A stretch of 62,487 bases of DNA, filler included, from Choristocarpus tenellus KU-1152 (Eukaryota; Protista; Phaeophyceae), in assembly GCA_964200185.2 (NCBI GenBank). It is 9 parts of 9 records of this genome, joined end to end, with 100 filler letters (N's around TTAATTAATTAA, not from the genome) between each part and the next. Parts side by side here need not be neighbours in the genome. Positions count along the whole stretch, not along the records: positions 59,561 to 62,487 come from CAXNAD020023599.1; 8 more parts are not named here. One strand, 5' to 3'. The translations under genes were made by a program, and so were the position numbers. This document shows, one piece after another, positions 60,818-62,487 of this stretch (positions are counted from its first letter, which is position 1; each line of letters begins with the position of its first letter). Below the pieces are notes generated by a model that worked only from the letters and a program-made list of their open reading frames with translations, did no database searches and was not told where the DNA came from.

Positions 60818-62487
60818 AATTGTTTGGCTCTGTGACTGAGGAATTTGAGTTGGTTGTGGATAGCTACCAGCAATTGTTGCTTATTTGTATAATGCCCTTG
60901 AGAGCTTCAGAAAGTAGAATGGGATGCTGCTGTGTTCATACACATTATTTTCGGTACAATGATCAGACACTGTTGTGTCTTCTGCTGTGGACCCTAGCTT
61001 CTCAGGTGAGGACACTGTGTGTGTAGCACCATTATATGGTGGTGACCCCCTTGCTAATAGGAAGAACAAACTAGGAACAGATGTGCTTACAGACTCCAAC
61101 AAGAAAAAATGGAAGAAAAAAAAATTATCTTTTGGACAAGGCTCATTACTTCGAAGAAGCAACAAACAAGTACTACACTACCTTTGACTTGATTTTGCTA
61201 CCCAAAGACAAAATACCCAATATAGTCCCTCACTCTCAGCATCACCACCACCGGTGATACGGCATTATCTCCTGAAGGTTCCCATGTTACACGTATTGTG
61301 TGACAAATTACACACAAGTCGTTGGCACGGCAGATAATTATCAAGGACCTGGTCATCACACACGTGAAACCTATTCACTTCTTCAAATTGGTAGTGCGAA
61401 TGGCGGTGTAGTAGTGTGTCAGAATTATGGTTAATTGCACGTGGTTACAGTTTACGTAAGTCTCTTCGCACTGGTTCTCTGTGTGTAGTTTGTATTACCC
61501 TCTTTGGAGCTTACTCTGCACCATGCATTGACTATTACCTTATCCCAATTTCCCTTAAGTCCCCGTCACTTTTTCACCTGATGCTCCTGAATATTTACTT
61601 TTGAATGTAGATCCCTCTGAACTCTGAGTGGGTCCCTTGCCACCCAGGAGGGAAAGCGGATGGCGTTGTGTCTCATTGTTAATGATTTCATGTCCTCACC
61701 ATGTTAGTATACCCCTAAACAGAACAAGTTTCGACCTTTGTAGTAGTGCATGGATTAGTTTATCCCTCACACGCATTAAGTTTTACTTTTCCAACATATT
61801 TTACCACTTGATGGCTTCAACCTTGCCTGAACCTTCTGCTCACATGTGATACAGTTTTGGTGTGTATATACAGGCTATAAAAACGATACACTGTTGTCCG
61901 TCACCATATGATTTCTGTCGACTTATATACACTTATCTCCATTGAACATCCATGTCTATCCTTGCCTCAACTGTTTGGAACTCTGTTTGCCACAAAGCAG
62001 AGAATATGATGTAATACGCAAGAAATAGCGAAATTCACGTATTACTCATCCTCACAAAATGGATAAGTCCTAATCAGACCTGAGCCAATGTTTGACATTG
62101 CATGTTGCATGTGATACGTGCGATGTAAGTGTATGTGGTCGTGGCATAGCATGCCCCCCGTGTGCAGGCCAGTGGGCAACAGAGGGCTTATCATAAAAAG
62201 AGCCACAATATAACAATATAGTAGGTTCCAATTCGAAGAGACCAGCAAGTACACAACCTAATCATCCGCAGGTATGAAAAAAAACATGTGGTGTGGTCTG
62301 GTCATACACCTTGCGATGGCCAATTGTGCATCATGGAGGTGGACAACCTATATACTTCAGTATTAGCTCCCTCACATAAACCGTATGCAAAATGCACGGT
62401 ACCCCCTATCTTCTTAAACCGTCGATCAAATTGACAATCCGCTCTATTGTATGTCTAAAACACCTCAGGGTCAAAGTATCTTGGGGG

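Noticed and set aside
60975-61187. Possible continuation exon of eIF2D
   Set aside because: Lies beyond a spacer with no convincing SWIB/SUI1 similarity.

Overview
Eukaryotic nuclear DNA from a brown alga (Phaeophyceae-type Lhcf proteins, intron-rich genes, TTAGGG-type repeats). The window is not one contiguous molecule. Nine pieces are joined by eight artificial 100-nt spacers (44 N + TTAATTAATTAA + 44 N), so adjacency across spacers is not evidence of linkage. Splicing by hand gives three fucoxanthin-chlorophyll a/c antenna genes (two head-to-head, 350 bp apart), an 11-exon gene with FAM47-like motifs that the ORF track does not reveal as a gene, the 3' end of an organellar Trp-tRNA synthetase and RPL18. 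It also gives the 5' part of a signal-peptide + PhnD/TtrS-like periplasmic-binding-fold sensor, part of a WD40 gene, the 5' part of a BCAT, a divergent long-N-terminus NAC-alpha paralog and most of eIF2D. Non-genic DNA holds three related short TIR (MITE-like) families, an RTE-like LINE relic, a CaMK pseudogene fragment, a 58-bp-arm foldback and an unexplained decayed convergent-ORF block with clustered TGACGT motifs. The most notable signals are relaxed splice-site usage (three GC donors, about 11 AAG acceptors among 38 modelled introns), the bacterial-type sensor protein, the FAM47-like gene and the modular MITE system. All family assignments come from motif recognition, not database searches.
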